Source of the DNA: Candidatus Babeliales bacterium
Lineage (GTDB): Bacteria > Babelota > Babeliae > Babelales > Vermiphilaceae
Direction: 5' to 3'
Length of the DNA: 64,000 nucleotides
NCBI GenBank assembly: GCA_963743635.1
Contig: CAVUQO010000003.1
Span: 320,001-384,000 of the forward strand
Made by a program: the position numbers and the translations under genes. Under the pieces are notes generated by a model. It ran no database searches and was not told the origin of the DNA. It was given only the letters and a program-made list of their open reading frames with translations. Positions 28,673 to 38,380 of this stretch are shown here, in pieces (position 1 is the stretch's first letter; every line of letters starts with the position of its first letter).

Positions 28673-29140
28673 TTACTTTCTTTTGTACACAACGCATACA
28701 CCATTTTCATACACTTCTACAATGCCATCAGCTTTTACGCCGTTTGCATCATAGCGATAGCGTGGATGACGTTCGTGTGGGTGATGGTGATGACCATGAT
28801 GTTCATGATGATGTCCATGGCCATGATGACCATGTCTATGACCCGTGCACGCTTCATTGATTTTCACGTATTGCACGTAATTATTATTTTCAAAAACCCA
28901 TAAAACACCAGCTACGACCTTACCATTCGATGCTGCAGTTCTCACCATAGGATGCGCATGATGTTGATGGTGGTGGTGCGGATTATGACCTTGACCACGT
29001 TGTCGTTGTTGTTGGCCTTGTTGTGGGCATTGAGCGCGTTGACCTTGGCAACGTCTATTCATCGCGTTGATAGATGTTGAAATTAATCCACCTACCAATA
29101 GGCTTAGGACTAACAGTTTTTTTGCATTCTTCGTATTCAT
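28673..29140 (-). CDS. Secreted His/Gln-rich protein
   Basis: AAGGAG RBS, signal peptide, poly-His tracts, two similar V.ENN/V.ENG segments. Confidence 0.75.
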   Translation of the reverse strand: MNTKNAKKLLVLSLLVGGLISTSINAMNRRCQGQRAQCPQQGQQQRQRGQGHNPHHHHQHHAHPMVRTAASNGKVVAGVLWVFENNNYVQYVKINEACTGHRHGHHGHGHHHEHHGHHHHPHERHPRYRYDANGVKADGIVEVYENGVCVVYKRK

Positions 29141-29187
29141 ACAATTTCTCCTTTTTTGTATGTACTGTTTTTATATATTTACACTCA

Positions 29188-29481
29188 TCATTGTTCTGTT
29201 TCTTCTTCTTCTTCTTCTTGTCGTTCCCGTTCCATAAACTTTAGATCGCAAGGCGCATAGGGATCTTCTGGATTTTCTTTACAACATGGTGCTTTGTTCA
29301 CATCCACAACATCACGATCACGATTCTTGTGACGATGCGTTTTGGTATGTTTCTTCTTATGCGTGCTCCTTTTGGTCGTCCGTGCATTATCGTTATCGCC
29401 TGGCCGAGCAGTGCTAATCAAGAGGTTTGATCCGAACGCCAAAACGATAATAGCTAGAACGAGTAGTTGATTGTTATTCAT
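29188..29481 (-). CDS. Small secreted protein with basic centre and acidic tail
   Basis: Signal peptide, K/R/H cluster, poly-Glu C-terminus. Confidence 0.7.
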   Translation of the reverse strand: MNNNQLLVLAIIVLAFGSNLLISTARPGDNDNARTTKRSTHKKKHTKTHRHKNRDRDVVDVNKAPCCKENPEDPYAPCDLKFMERERQEEEEEETEQ

Positions 29482-29490
29482 AGATCATCC

Positions 29491-29892
29491 TTAATCTTCA
29501 TATCCTGCCGGACCTTGATTTGGGTAATAGTTGTTTACGTACGTATCGCTACGATTTCGACTATTCGCTGCAGCCGCGCTCGCTGCTACCGCTGTAGTTG
29601 CCAATGCTGCATTTGCAGCCCAGTAACCACCATAACCGCCGCCGTAACCATATCCGCCACCATAACCGTAACCACCGCGTCCGTAACCGCCGCGCCCATA
29701 GCCACCACGTCCACTGCGTCCGCCATGGCCACCACGATTATGGCCACCATGACCGCCACGTCCACCACGTCCGCCATGCCCATGTCCGCCGCGACCACCG
29801 CCGCCACGTCCACCGCCACGCGCTTCAATTGACATCTGAGCAGCAACGCCCAGAATCAATATGCAGGTAACAAGTAATTTTTTGATATTCAT
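29491..29892 (-). CDS. Secreted RGG/GGY-rich protein
   Basis: Signal peptide, RGG/GGYG repeats, Ala-rich segment, DTYVNNYY...GYED tail. Confidence 0.78.
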   Translation of the reverse strand: MNIKKLLVTCILILGVAAQMSIEARGGGRGGGGRGGHGHGGRGGRGGHGGHNRGGHGGRSGRGGYGRGGYGRGGYGYGGGYGYGGGYGGYWAANAALATTAVAASAAAANSRNRSDTYVNNYYPNQGPAGYED

Positions 29893-29907
29893 AAATTCCT
29901 AACTCTC

Positions 29908-30342
29908 TTAATCTTCGTAGCCGTAATAGTTGGTTACATAAGTATCGCCGTCGCCATCAGCATTCATCGCTGCGATTTCAGCTGCCGTTAATGCAATCCA
30001 GAGACCATCTAGACCCCAGTAACCCCAACCCCAACCATTTCTATAGTAGGCGTTGCCGCGTCCATAACCATGTCCGCCACGTCCACCGCGGTTTCCACGT
30101 CCGCCACGATTACCACCTTTACCATGACCACCCTTACCATGACCACCTTTGCCATGACCGCCACCGTGTCCGCCATGATGACCACCACCGTGTCCGCCAT
30201 GATGACCACCACCATGACCGCCACCATGACCACCACCATGCCCGCCGCCATGACCACCACCGCCGCCTTTTGTTTCAATTGATTTTTGCGCAATCACGCA
30301 GAGCACAAGTATGCTTGCTATAATTAGTTTCTTCATATTCAT
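29908..30342 (-). CDS. Secreted GGH-rich protein
   Basis: Signal peptide, (GGGH)n, RGG, GWGWGYWG, DTYVTNYYGYED tail. Confidence 0.78.
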   Translation of the reverse strand: MNMKKLIIASILVLCVIAQKSIETKGGGGGHGGGHGGGHGGGHGGGHHGGHGGGHHGGHGGGHGKGGHGKGGHGKGGNRGGRGNRGGRGGHGYGRGNAYYRNGWGWGYWGLDGLWIALTAAEIAAMNADGDGDTYVTNYYGYED

Positions 30343-30375
30343 CGTTTTTCCTTTTTTTATTGGTTTTTAATTAAA

Positions 30376-30750
30376 CTACTCTACTTCAACTTCTTCATCT
30401 TCTTCGTCGCAATCAGTGTCCATGTCTTCGACGTCTTCATCTTCTTCGTCGACATCAGTGTCCATGTCTTCAACTTCTTCATCTTCCTCATCTATTTGTT
30501 TTTGCATTTGAGGATTCTGGTTTCGAGCTTGTTGGTTTTTCATGCCACATTGTCCACCGCTACAGTAAGCGCCGCCTTGTGCCGGTTGATCCGCAGTTTG
30601 ACCAGCTGCTTGACGCCTGCGACCTGGTGCGTTATATGCACGGGTTCCTTGGGCAGATTGTTTTACCGGAACACGACCAGCTTCAATACTTACTTGGCTC
30701 ATTGCAGCTAAAAAGAGTGCACAGAGCACCATTAATTTAGTTTTGTTCAA
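30376..30750 (-). CDS. Secreted protein with duplicated acidic tail
   Basis: AAGGAG RBS before TTG start, signal peptide, CSGGQC, repeated DEEDE.VEDMDTD units. Confidence 0.72.
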   Translation of the reverse strand: MNKTKLMVLCALFLAAMSQVSIEAGRVPVKQSAQGTRAYNAPGRRRQAAGQTADQPAQGGAYCSGGQCGMKNQQARNQNPQMQKQIDEEDEEVEDMDTDVDEEDEDVEDMDTDCDEEDEEVEVE

Positions 30751-30894
30751 ATCAACTCCTTTTTAACGTTTCACATAGCGTAAGCAAGAACGCTAAGTAT
30801 TGTTTTATTGGACTTTTTACACCGCCTGCTTTATTTCATAATAGAAAACATGGGCGCTCGAAATCAAGAGTTTTTCGTTTAGAAAGAGGATTTT

Positions 30895-31896
30895 TTAGGT
30901 TTTAACCAGGCGAGAGGAGGAAATGGCGATGTTTTTTCCGTCAATTGAGCCGGTTACGAGCAGGCCTGGATAGCTATAATCGCCGCTGGTGATCTTTTTA
31001 TTGGCCAGCTGTATGGAAAGATCAGGGCATCCCGGGACTTTTTGGTTCCGGTAGCCAATGCGGGATATTTTGGTGCCATAGGTTTGGGCGGTCCGTTTGA
31101 GACTGTGCCAAGACCGATTCATGCCTTTGGAAACGGTGCCATCCCAGTAAGGGATCATGAGCAATTCAATGCTTGTGGTGTGGCACATCAATTCAAGCGC
31201 CTGCAAAATGGTGGCAGTCGGCTGAAGGCAGATGACCGTATTAAGATGGGAAATGCCGGTTTGTTTGGTGATGGAAGTGATGAGCTCATACTGAGCCCAT
31301 TGTTTACCCGAAGGGCGTTGGCCGATGAGGCCAGGGTCGATAACGATGGTTTTTTGATTATGATGCAATACAGTAATAGTTCCCTTGTTGCAAGGAATTG
31401 AGAGCATGTTTTCTGATTTGAATAACGTGGAGCAAACGCAGATCAAAAAGAGCAGCATAAAGCAGATGATGCTTCGATTACGTGATCGCGTGAGCGGATG
31501 ATGGACTACAGCGAGCGTAGCCAGTGGCAGGAGTATGAGAATAATCCAATGAGGTTGAGAAAATCCAATGAAAGACTTGTGCGGGGCACAGTCCAGGCAA
31601 TAAAGCCATGCTTTGGTTAGATAATCGAGCGCGATCGAGAGCCACGTAATCGGGATCCCGAGCAGTGCGCCGAAAAAAATCAGGGATGAAAGGAGTAAGA
31701 ATACCAGTATGAATGGATTAAAAATCAGGTTGCCAAGTGGAGAAAACAGCGAAAAGGGTAGACCCCACGCTATGAGTATGGGTAGCGAAAGAAGGGTGAC
31801 GTAAAACTGGATATATATGAATTCCAAAAGCCAGTTCTTTATAGACCGCAAGAGAGGGTTTTGAACCAGAAAGGTATAAAAATGCTTTAAAACCAT
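30895..31896 (-). CDS. ComEC/Rec2-like membrane protein (partial-length, degenerate MBL-like C-terminus)
   Basis: TLLSLPIL..WG..FSLFSPLGNL membrane motif followed by a T.VIDPG soluble region, as in the C-terminal half of ComEC. Confidence 0.55.
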   Translation of the reverse strand: MVLKHFYTFLVQNPLLRSIKNWLLEFIYIQFYVTLLSLPILIAWGLPFSLFSPLGNLIFNPFILVFLLLSSLIFFGALLGIPITWLSIALDYLTKAWLYCLDCAPHKSFIGFSQPHWIILILLPLATLAVVHHPLTRSRNRSIICFMLLFLICVCSTLFKSENMLSIPCNKGTITVLHHNQKTIVIDPGLIGQRPSGKQWAQYELITSITKQTGISHLNTVICLQPTATILQALELMCHTTSIELLMIPYWDGTVSKGMNRSWHSLKRTAQTYGTKISRIGYRNQKVPGCPDLSIQLANKKITSGDYSYPGLLVTGSIDGKNIAISSSRLVKT

Positions 31897-31949
31897 TGCG
31901 TTTGGGGATTTCGTTCGTGTACAGTGAATAAAAAAAGGAGTATCAAAAT

Positions 31950-32123
31950 ATGAAAAGTTTCAAACGCGTTGCTGCTCAAATGCATGAACATTGGGAACAT
32001 TTAGTCGATAATGCACATCGCAATATGTCTCGTGGTGCTGAATATATCAATAAAGTCATTACGTGCGCTCATAAAGATCAGTGGCGCAAGCATATGAGAG
32101 GCAGAGAACACAAGAAGAAATAG
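31950..32123 (+). CDS. Small His-rich basic protein (57 aa), not in the ORF track
   Basis: AAGGAG RBS 9 nt upstream of ATG; MKSFKRVAAQMHEHWEHLVDNAHRNMSRGAEYINKVITCAHKDQWRKHMRGREHKKK fills the intergenic gap. Confidence 0.6.
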   Translation: MKSFKRVAAQMHEHWEHLVDNAHRNMSRGAEYINKVITCAHKDQWRKHMRGREHKKK

Positions 32124-32144
32124 CGATCTCTCCAGTCAGAGTTT

Positions 32145-32489
32145 TTACTGTTTATCTGCAGAAGCGCTAGAATGAGCGTTCCAGACTGTCACCGCACAAT
32201 ATAAGACTAAGGCGCCAACAACCATGCGATAATTCCACGCATCCCTTGAGGCTTGAAGAGCATCAGCTTCTCGTGTATTTTCTGTGGTCCTAGCGCGATT
32301 TTCTGCGCAGATTCTATCTTGTAGTTCCTGCGTCTCAGCGACGAGCGCAGTATCCGTACGTTGCGTCGGTTGCGTTGCATTCCTACGTTGCGTCGGTTGC
32401 ATTGCGTGAACTGCTGGGCTGATAATGAGTGTTAGTATTAATATTTTCATTCTGAGTAGTGCCTTAGGCACGTATCGAAGAGTTTTCAT
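32145..32489 (-). CDS. Small secreted orphan with C-terminal TM
   Basis: Signal peptide ending AVHA-MQ, short internal repeat, C-terminal hydrophobic segment. Confidence 0.65.
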   Translation of the reverse strand: MKTLRYVPKALLRMKILILTLIISPAVHAMQPTQRRNATQPTQRTDTALVAETQELQDRICAENRARTTENTREADALQASRDAWNYRMVVGALVLYCAVTVWNAHSSASADKQ

Positions 32490-32517
32490 AATTTTATTCC
32501 TTTAAATATGCAAAGTA

Positions 32518-32844
32518 TTAGAGATTATTATAGGAATACATTGCAGCGGCTACGATTGCACTGCTCCCAAAAAAGAACACAGCCGTAGTCAGCGCGCGTA
32601 TGGTCCGTTGTGAGTTTTGATCATTACGTTCAAGAACCGCGAGTCTGGCGTTGATGTGTGTTAATTGATCGTTTAATTTTTTTTCTGCTTGGCGAAGATA
32701 GCTTACATTTTGGTAAGTGAGGTCTTCCATTGAGGACATTCTTGTTTCAAGATCACTAATGCGTCCGCTTTCAAGGTCAGGATCCATTGCAGAAATCTGC
32801 GTGGCCGCACCAATAAGTGCGAGCAGTAATAATAGTTTTTTCAT
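32518..32844 (-). CDS. Small secreted orphan, coiled coil plus C-terminal TM
   Basis: MKKLLLLL signal ending ISA-MD; heptad pattern; C-terminal hydrophobic tail. Confidence 0.72.
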   Translation of the reverse strand: MKKLLLLLALIGAATQISAMDPDLESGRISDLETRMSSMEDLTYQNVSYLRQAEKKLNDQLTHINARLAVLERNDQNSQRTIRALTTAVFFFGSSAIVAAAMYSYNNL

Positions 32845-32953
32845 AATAATATTCTCTAGTTATTGTTATTTTGAACCATTTGGTCCGTTATAGTTTAATG
32901 TTGTTCAGACGACAATTATCAAAGGTTGTATCCATTTCACGGTCAAGCAACAT

Positions 32954-33769
32954 CTACTTTTGAGCCTGTGCGCATAAAAATTGCGCTATCTCCATTAAGG
33001 ATGGGTGATGCGCAATGGTTAGTGTTGCGTTATTTAATTCATGTGACTCTTTGAGGTCAAAACGTCTATTTTTCGCAGCTTTACCTGCTCCCAGACCATA
33101 AAATCCTGATGGTTGTTCGCGATCGACCTTCATGAATTTCCGCATCCACAACGGCTGCTGACCTATTGCTACCATTGCTGCATCTACTTCTTGTTGACCG
33201 ACGTGAACAGGCGCCATAGTTTGAGCATCAAATGCATACGGCCAATATCCATCCTGTCCATTGCTTGCTGCAAATAATAATTTTGTACCGCGGTTTATCC
33301 AGCATACATATTGAATTGATTCATTACCCACCTCTGCGAGGGTAATATTTCGCCATTGTTTGGACGATTCTTCTTTCAACACGCGCAACACGCCACCGGT
33401 TTCTACCATGGCACATTGCGTAGCATCATTACTAATCGCAAAACTGTCTAGCGGCTTTAACGATAATGTTACCTGCGTAATCGGTGTAAATAGACCTATG
33501 AATCTGAAACGTTCTTGATCCGGCAATATGGTCTCTAGAGCGGATAGTACTGCTGCAGGATTCAATTGATTTGTGTTTTTAAGGGATTGTACTTTAGCTT
33601 GCACTGCCTCATAGAGCAAACGCGGTTCTGCTTGCGCTATAAACATCCCGATACGGGTAGTTATTTCCTGTTGAGCATCGTCCATCGTCATACTGGTGCA
33701 TGCATTGTCCATCGCCATACTGGTGCATGCGATGAATGAACTGAGCGCTATAATAAATATTTTCTTCAT
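32954..33769 (-). CDS. Secreted orphan protein
   Basis: MKKIFII signal; 27-nt duplication at the cleavage site (ACTSMAMDN/ACTSMTMDD); beta-rich C-terminal half. Confidence 0.7.
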   Translation of the reverse strand: MKKIFIIALSSFIACTSMAMDNACTSMTMDDAQQEITTRIGMFIAQAEPRLLYEAVQAKVQSLKNTNQLNPAAVLSALETILPDQERFRFIGLFTPITQVTLSLKPLDSFAISNDATQCAMVETGGVLRVLKEESSKQWRNITLAEVGNESIQYVCWINRGTKLLFAASNGQDGYWPYAFDAQTMAPVHVGQQEVDAAMVAIGQQPLWMRKFMKVDREQPSGFYGLGAGKAAKNRRFDLKESHELNNATLTIAHHPSLMEIAQFLCAQAQK

Positions 33770-33782
33770 TATTTTTTATCCT

Positions 33783-34109
33783 TTAGTTACCTGAATTGTT
33801 ATCTGTATTACAACACGTTATGTAAAGGCAGAAAGCACCCGCACATACACATAAGATTTTTGTTGAGGTCTGAAGAAATTCCATAGGGAAGTTAGCGATT
33901 CTATTGGCTTCTTCTGCTCTTCTATCTATTTCTGTATCATCGAACTGTTCATCGAGCCATAGAGTTGTTTTTTTAACAGCTCTTGCTGTTTTTCGTTGTA
34001 TGTGCGCTTCGTATGGTGTCGGGTTTAGTCCTGACTCGTCACCAAATTCTTCCATAGCCTGAGCAATGAACGGACTTATGAGAGCGAGGATGAATAATAT
34101 CTTCTTCAT
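33783..34109 (-). CDS. Small secreted orphan with Cys-rich C-terminal TM
   Basis: Likely start MKKILFIL at 34109; signal ends AQA-ME. Confidence 0.68.
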   Translation of the reverse strand: MKKILFILALISPFIAQAMEEFGDESGLNPTPYEAHIQRKTARAVKKTTLWLDEQFDDTEIDRRAEEANRIANFPMEFLQTSTKILCVCAGAFCLYITCCNTDNNSGN

Positions 34110-34117
34110 GGCTGACC

Positions 34118-34384
34118 TTACTTTGATGCGTCGTGAGCAGAAGCGTCTAGGCAACAGAAGACCAGAGTGCATAGAGATACTGCGGCGCACAGGCATATAT
34201 TTTGTAAGCATCTCTCTTCATTTTTGCGATCTTGAGCGTCTGCAGGGTTTTGATGGCGTTGAGGCGCATGATTTCTTCTGGCAGCGTTAGCAGCCATACC
34301 AGTTCTGTGCGTCATATTCATATGCATAGCAGACAGGTTGGGAGAGAGGGTAATTAGGGTAAGTATCAACATTAGTTTCTTCAT
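34118..34384 (-). CDS. Small secreted orphan with Cys-rich C-terminal TM
   Basis: AAGGA RBS, MKKLMLIL signal, C-terminal CLCAAVSLCTLVFCC. Confidence 0.68.
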   Translation of the reverse strand: MKKLMLILTLITLSPNLSAMHMNMTHRTGMAANAARRNHAPQRHQNPADAQDRKNEERCLQNICLCAAVSLCTLVFCCLDASAHDASK

Positions 34385-34550
34385 GGTTTATCCTTTTATT
34401 AAGTGATTTATAATAATTATGTAACATAATACGTTACATTTCTATTGTAAATTATTTTATTATAAATGTAAAATGCCCCATTTTGAACCTGATTGCAGGT
34501 TGAGATTTGGGGAATAAAGGGGGATCCAGGAGGATAGGTTTGGGGGCTAT

Positions 34551-34823
34551 TTAGCTATGTATATGTGCATAATGGGCCAAATAGGCCATCACGTGGGCAC
34601 CTGCAAGGCAGCCGACCGATATCATCAAGAATTCGGCCGTTTTTACCCTTTCTGTGCGCTTACTGGTCTTTGGCTGCAGGGTATGGAGAGGGTGCGTTCC
34701 TCGGGGGTCGTTTTTCTCAAGGTCATATTCCTGAAATTCCCCCTGGCGATGCAAGAGGGGTTGGTTCATAGCATGCGCCATTGATCCCATGAGGATGCTC
34801 GATATCAAGACTAATTTTTGCAT
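34551..34823 (-). CDS. Small secreted orphan with C-terminal TM
   Basis: MQKLVLIS signal ending AHA-MN. Confidence 0.62.
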   Translation of the reverse strand: MQKLVLISSILMGSMAHAMNQPLLHRQGEFQEYDLEKNDPRGTHPLHTLQPKTSKRTERVKTAEFLMISVGCLAGAHVMAYLAHYAHIHS

Positions 34824-34834
34824 AGAGCGGGATA

Positions 34835-35389
34835 TTACTGATTCTGGCTGTAGTGGTTAGCTGAGTTGAGCAAGATTACTTGCTCTTTGAGCACTTTTTC
34901 TACTTCAAGGATTGATTCCAATTCTTGCTTAAGAGAAAGAAGTTTGGTCAATGCCGCGGTCAAGAGGGAGGTTAACGTACCAAAGGTTGATTCATCAACG
35001 GGCGTTGCATTGAACTGATCCATCAATTCATTCACGTCTTTGACGCCGTATAAGACGCCGGTAAGTTGCTTGCCAAGAGGAGCTATTAGATCGCCGATTT
35101 GAAAAGCCTGAAGTTGAATAGTTTCATCCGTGCTATTTTGAAGGTTTTCAACTTCATCATACACGGCTATGTATTCACTAGCGCAGGTCTGAAAGAGTTT
35201 TTCTAGGGCCAAATATTCTCGTGCCGTCATCGTGTAGAGTGACTGGAATTTTGCAAGAAAGGCAATAGTAGTAGGGCTTTGGGAGGTGGTTGTCTCGTCT
35301 ATTAACTCAAGATCAGCAATAGGATTTGATATTGGTACTGCTTGAATACCGATAGTAAAGAGACTGATGGCGAGGAATAGTTTTTTCAT
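34835..35389 (-). CDS. Secreted helical orphan
   Basis: AAGGA RBS, MKKLFLA signal, 184 aa. Confidence 0.7.
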   Translation of the reverse strand: MKKLFLAISLFTIGIQAVPISNPIADLELIDETTTSQSPTTIAFLAKFQSLYTMTAREYLALEKLFQTCASEYIAVYDEVENLQNSTDETIQLQAFQIGDLIAPLGKQLTGVLYGVKDVNELMDQFNATPVDESTFGTLTSLLTAALTKLLSLKQELESILEVEKVLKEQVILLNSANHYSQNQ

Positions 35390-35505
35390 GGAAGTGATCC
35401 TTTGAAGGGTATATTAACTTTCAGATAAATTAGATTATACACCTACTATACAGCCTTTTTTTTAAAGCGTAAAATAGTCTGTTTTTCTGAAATCGCGGAT
35501 TGTGT

Positions 35506-35973
35506 TTATTTATATTTATGGGCATGTATCCCGTATACGCTATAAAGATTAAGAGCCTTCTGGATTGAGAATAGCAGATCGTTTGCGACTTGACGTTGTT
35601 TTTCAACTGCTTTTATTTCTTCGTCGTAAAATCTCATTTGTTCTAGGCAAGTAATTGCCAGTTTTAGGTGAGTTGCTTCATGGAGCTGAGAAAAATGAGA
35701 CGCTATCTTTGCATAAAGATTGGCGCAGTTACTTGCATGAAGATCGGCGCAGATAGTATTGTTCTCTTGTATCAATAACTGAGACTTGCTCTCTAATACG
35801 GTAAGTTCGCCAATCAACTTTTCAACTTGCGCTGGAAATTGCTCAATCAGGAGCTGTACTTCTCGATACTCTTCGAGCTTCTGGCTGACCACATTGAAGT
35901 TTTCTGGTGTTATTTCATTCATCGCATGCATGCTTATACAAAAAATGCTGAGCATTAAGACTAATTTTTTCAT
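35506..35973 (-). CDS. Secreted coiled-coil orphan
   Basis: MKKLVLM signal ending MHA-MN, 155 aa. Confidence 0.7.
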   Translation of the reverse strand: MKKLVLMLSIFCISMHAMNEITPENFNVVSQKLEEYREVQLLIEQFPAQVEKLIGELTVLESKSQLLIQENNTICADLHASNCANLYAKIASHFSQLHEATHLKLAITCLEQMRFYDEEIKAVEKQRQVANDLLFSIQKALNLYSVYGIHAHKYK

Positions 35974-36017
35974 AAATTGTTCCCTAATGATTACTGTGAT
36001 TCAATACAGATACATTG

Positions 36018-36344
36018 TTATTGAACTCTATCCATCTTGTTTTCGATCATGGCAATATATTGTCCAATACTTGTGCTCAAGTCATGAATGGTCGCTGCAG
36101 TTGGTGCATGCGTAGAATGCAGTGTGTGATCATCTAGTCCGAGATTTTTATAGCGTTCGCGGACCGATTCTTCTTGCGCAATAAGCCTTCCAGCTTCATC
36201 GGGTGTTGGATTTTTTTGCATTGCCAAAGCAGCGGCTTGTTCATTGATGCCACGTAGCGCTGCAATATATGCATTTGCTTCAGCTTGCTGCATCGCATTG
36301 ATGGTTGCCGTAGTAAGGCAGAGGATTAAGAGTAATTTTTTCAT
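36018..36344 (-). CDS. Small secreted helical orphan
   Basis: MKKLLLIL signal ending INA-MQ. Confidence 0.7.
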   Translation of the reverse strand: MKKLLLILCLTTATINAMQQAEANAYIAALRGINEQAAALAMQKNPTPDEAGRLIAQEESVRERYKNLGLDDHTLHSTHAPTAATIHDLSTSIGQYIAMIENKMDRVQ

Positions 36345-36485
36345 AGGTTACTTTCATTTTAAATATGATTTGAACCATAGTTTACGTGATAATTCCTTCT
36401 TCTTCAATTATCTATGCAGGTTTCTTGTAAAATGCGCGTTGCTTGCGTTATTCTGGCTCAAAGTTTTTTAACAAAGGATAGTGAT

Positions 36486-38375
36486 ATGAAACAAATGCAT
36501 GATATACAAGTTCTTATCGAGCGAAAGGCTTATAATATACGCCTTGCTTCAATAGTCATGACGTCAACGGCCGGGTCAGGACATCCTACCTCATGTCTCT
36601 CGGCAGCGGATATTGTTGCCACGCTTTTTTTCTATGCGATGCACTACGATCCTGAGCATTTTGATAATCCCAATAATGATCGCTTTATTCTTTCAAAGGG
36701 GCATGCAGCGCCCGTGTTATACGCGGCATGGAAAGAGTTGGGGATGGTCACTGAGCAAGAGTTACTGACCTATCGTGATATTCATTCGAATCTAGAGGGG
36801 CATCCAACTGCACGTTTTAAATATGCTGAGGCTGCAACCGGTTCATTAGGCATGGGACTTTCAATTGGCGCGGGCATGGCGCTCGTTGCGCAGCGCGATA
36901 AACGCAGTGCACATACATTTGTCCTGCTCGGTGATAGTGAACTTACAGAAGGGAGCGTGTGGGAAGCAACTGAGATCGCCGCATACTACAAACTTAACAA
37001 TCTCGTGGGGATCGTCGATTGTAATCGATTGGGACAAAGTACCGAAACCATACACGCATGGCATGTGCAGCGTTACGTCGATAAATTTGAAGCATTTGGT
37101 TGGAAAACGATCGTAGTTGATGGGCATGATGTGCACCATCTCATGGGTGCATTTGATCGGGCGCGTGAAGTTGAAGATCGGCCAGTAATGATCATTGCTA
37201 AAACGATCAAAGGGTATGGCGTTGAACAAGTTGAAAACAAAATGGGCTTTCATGGAAAGGCATTTCCAAAAACAGAAATGAATGACATTCTTGCAGAACT
37301 TGCGGCACGTTTTCCAAAAGCAGCTGCGTATACGGGTGATGACCGGGCATTTATGCCGACAGCACCAGCTCCCTCCGAAAATAACACGCCTGCAACGCTT
37401 TCAGAATGCGTTGATCTGGTAATGCCAGATCCACATTTTGCGCAGAGGGATTATATCTCAACGCGCAAGGCGTATGGTCAAGCACTTGCAGCATTGGGCG
37501 GCCATTGCAAAAATGTAGTGAGTCTCGATGCGGAAGTGAAAAATTCAACGTATGCAGATTTATTTGAACACAAACATCCTGAACGTTTTTTTCAATGCTT
37601 CATCGCCGAACAAAATATGGTGAGCATGGGAGTAGGTATGGAACGTCGGGGTAAGGTGCCCTTTATTTCCACATTTGGCGCATTCTTTAGCCGCGCCCAT
37701 GACCAAGTTCGGATGGCAGCCATCGGCTCGTCAGCGTTGAGATTAGTGGGCTCTCATGCAGGGGTTTCGATTGGACAGGATGGCCCTTCCCAGATGGCGC
37801 TTGAAGACATTGCCTTAATGCGGGCGATTCCTGGATCAGTGGTGCTGTATCCTTGCGATGGGGTGAGTACCCATAAATTGGTTGCGCAGATGGCGCTCTA
37901 TGATCAGGGGATTACCTATTTACGCACAACGCGTATGGATACGCCGGTTTGGTATTCAATTCAAGAAGAGTTTCCCATTGGCGGTTGCAAAGTGTTGGCG
38001 GAAAGTGAAGGGGATCAAGTCTGTATCGTTGCTGCTGGCATTACATTGGTAGAAGCAACGAAGGCGCGCGATCAATTGCTACAGGAAGGAGTTTTAGTCG
38101 CCGTCATTGATCTTTATTCCATTAAGCCATTGGATTACGACACATTATTACGCGTTGGTATGCAAACCAAATATGGGATCATAACGGTTGAAGATCATTA
38201 TCGTGAGGGCGGTCTCGGTGAGGCAGTTCTTTATGCATTGCGCAATACCGCTATTCCGATTCAGTGTCTTGCAGTAACACAGTTGCCGCGATCAGGAAAA
38301 CCGGAAGAGTTGCTTGCGCTTATGGGGATTGATGCAGCGGGGATTATACGGGGCGTAAAAGCGATGATTAAGTAA
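36486..38375 (+). CDS. tkt: Transketolase
   Basis: GSGHPTSCLS, DRFILSKGHA, LEGHP, TGSLG.G, GDSE..EG, IAEQNMV, GQDGPSQM; start placed at the ATG after AAGGA. Confidence 0.95.
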   Translation: MKQMHDIQVLIERKAYNIRLASIVMTSTAGSGHPTSCLSAADIVATLFFYAMHYDPEHFDNPNNDRFILSKGHAAPVLYAAWKELGMVTEQELLTYRDIHSNLEGHPTARFKYAEAATGSLGMGLSIGAGMALVAQRDKRSAHTFVLLGDSELTEGSVWEATEIAAYYKLNNLVGIVDCNRLGQSTETIHAWHVQRYVDKFEAFGWKTIVVDGHDVHHLMGAFDRAREVEDRPVMIIAKTIKGYGVEQVENKMGFHGKAFPKTEMNDILAELAARFPKAAAYTGDDRAFMPTAPAPSENNTPATLSECVDLVMPDPHFAQRDYISTRKAYGQALAALGGHCKNVVSLDAEVKNSTYADLFEHKHPERFFQCFIAEQNMVSMGVGMERRGKVPFISTFGAFFSRAHDQVRMAAIGSSALRLVGSHAGVSIGQDGPSQMALEDIALMRAIPGSVVLYPCDGVSTHKLVAQMALYDQGITYLRTTRMDTPVWYSIQEEFPIGGCKVLAESEGDQVCIVAAGITLVEATKARDQLLQEGVLVAVIDLYSIKPLDYDTLLRVGMQTKYGIITVEDHYREGGLGEAVLYALRNTAIPIQCLAVTQLPRSGKPEELLALMGIDAAGIIRGVKAMIK

Positions 38376-38380
38376 ATTAC

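Noticed and set aside
28196..30323. Overlapping Thr/Met-, Val- and His/Arg-rich ORFs in other frames
   Set aside because: Alternative readings of GGN/CAY codon runs of the Gly-rich genes, which have the RBS and signal peptides.
32145..36344. Integron cassette array
   Set aside because: Co-oriented short genes, but I found no recurring attC-like palindromes in the spacers and no integrase.
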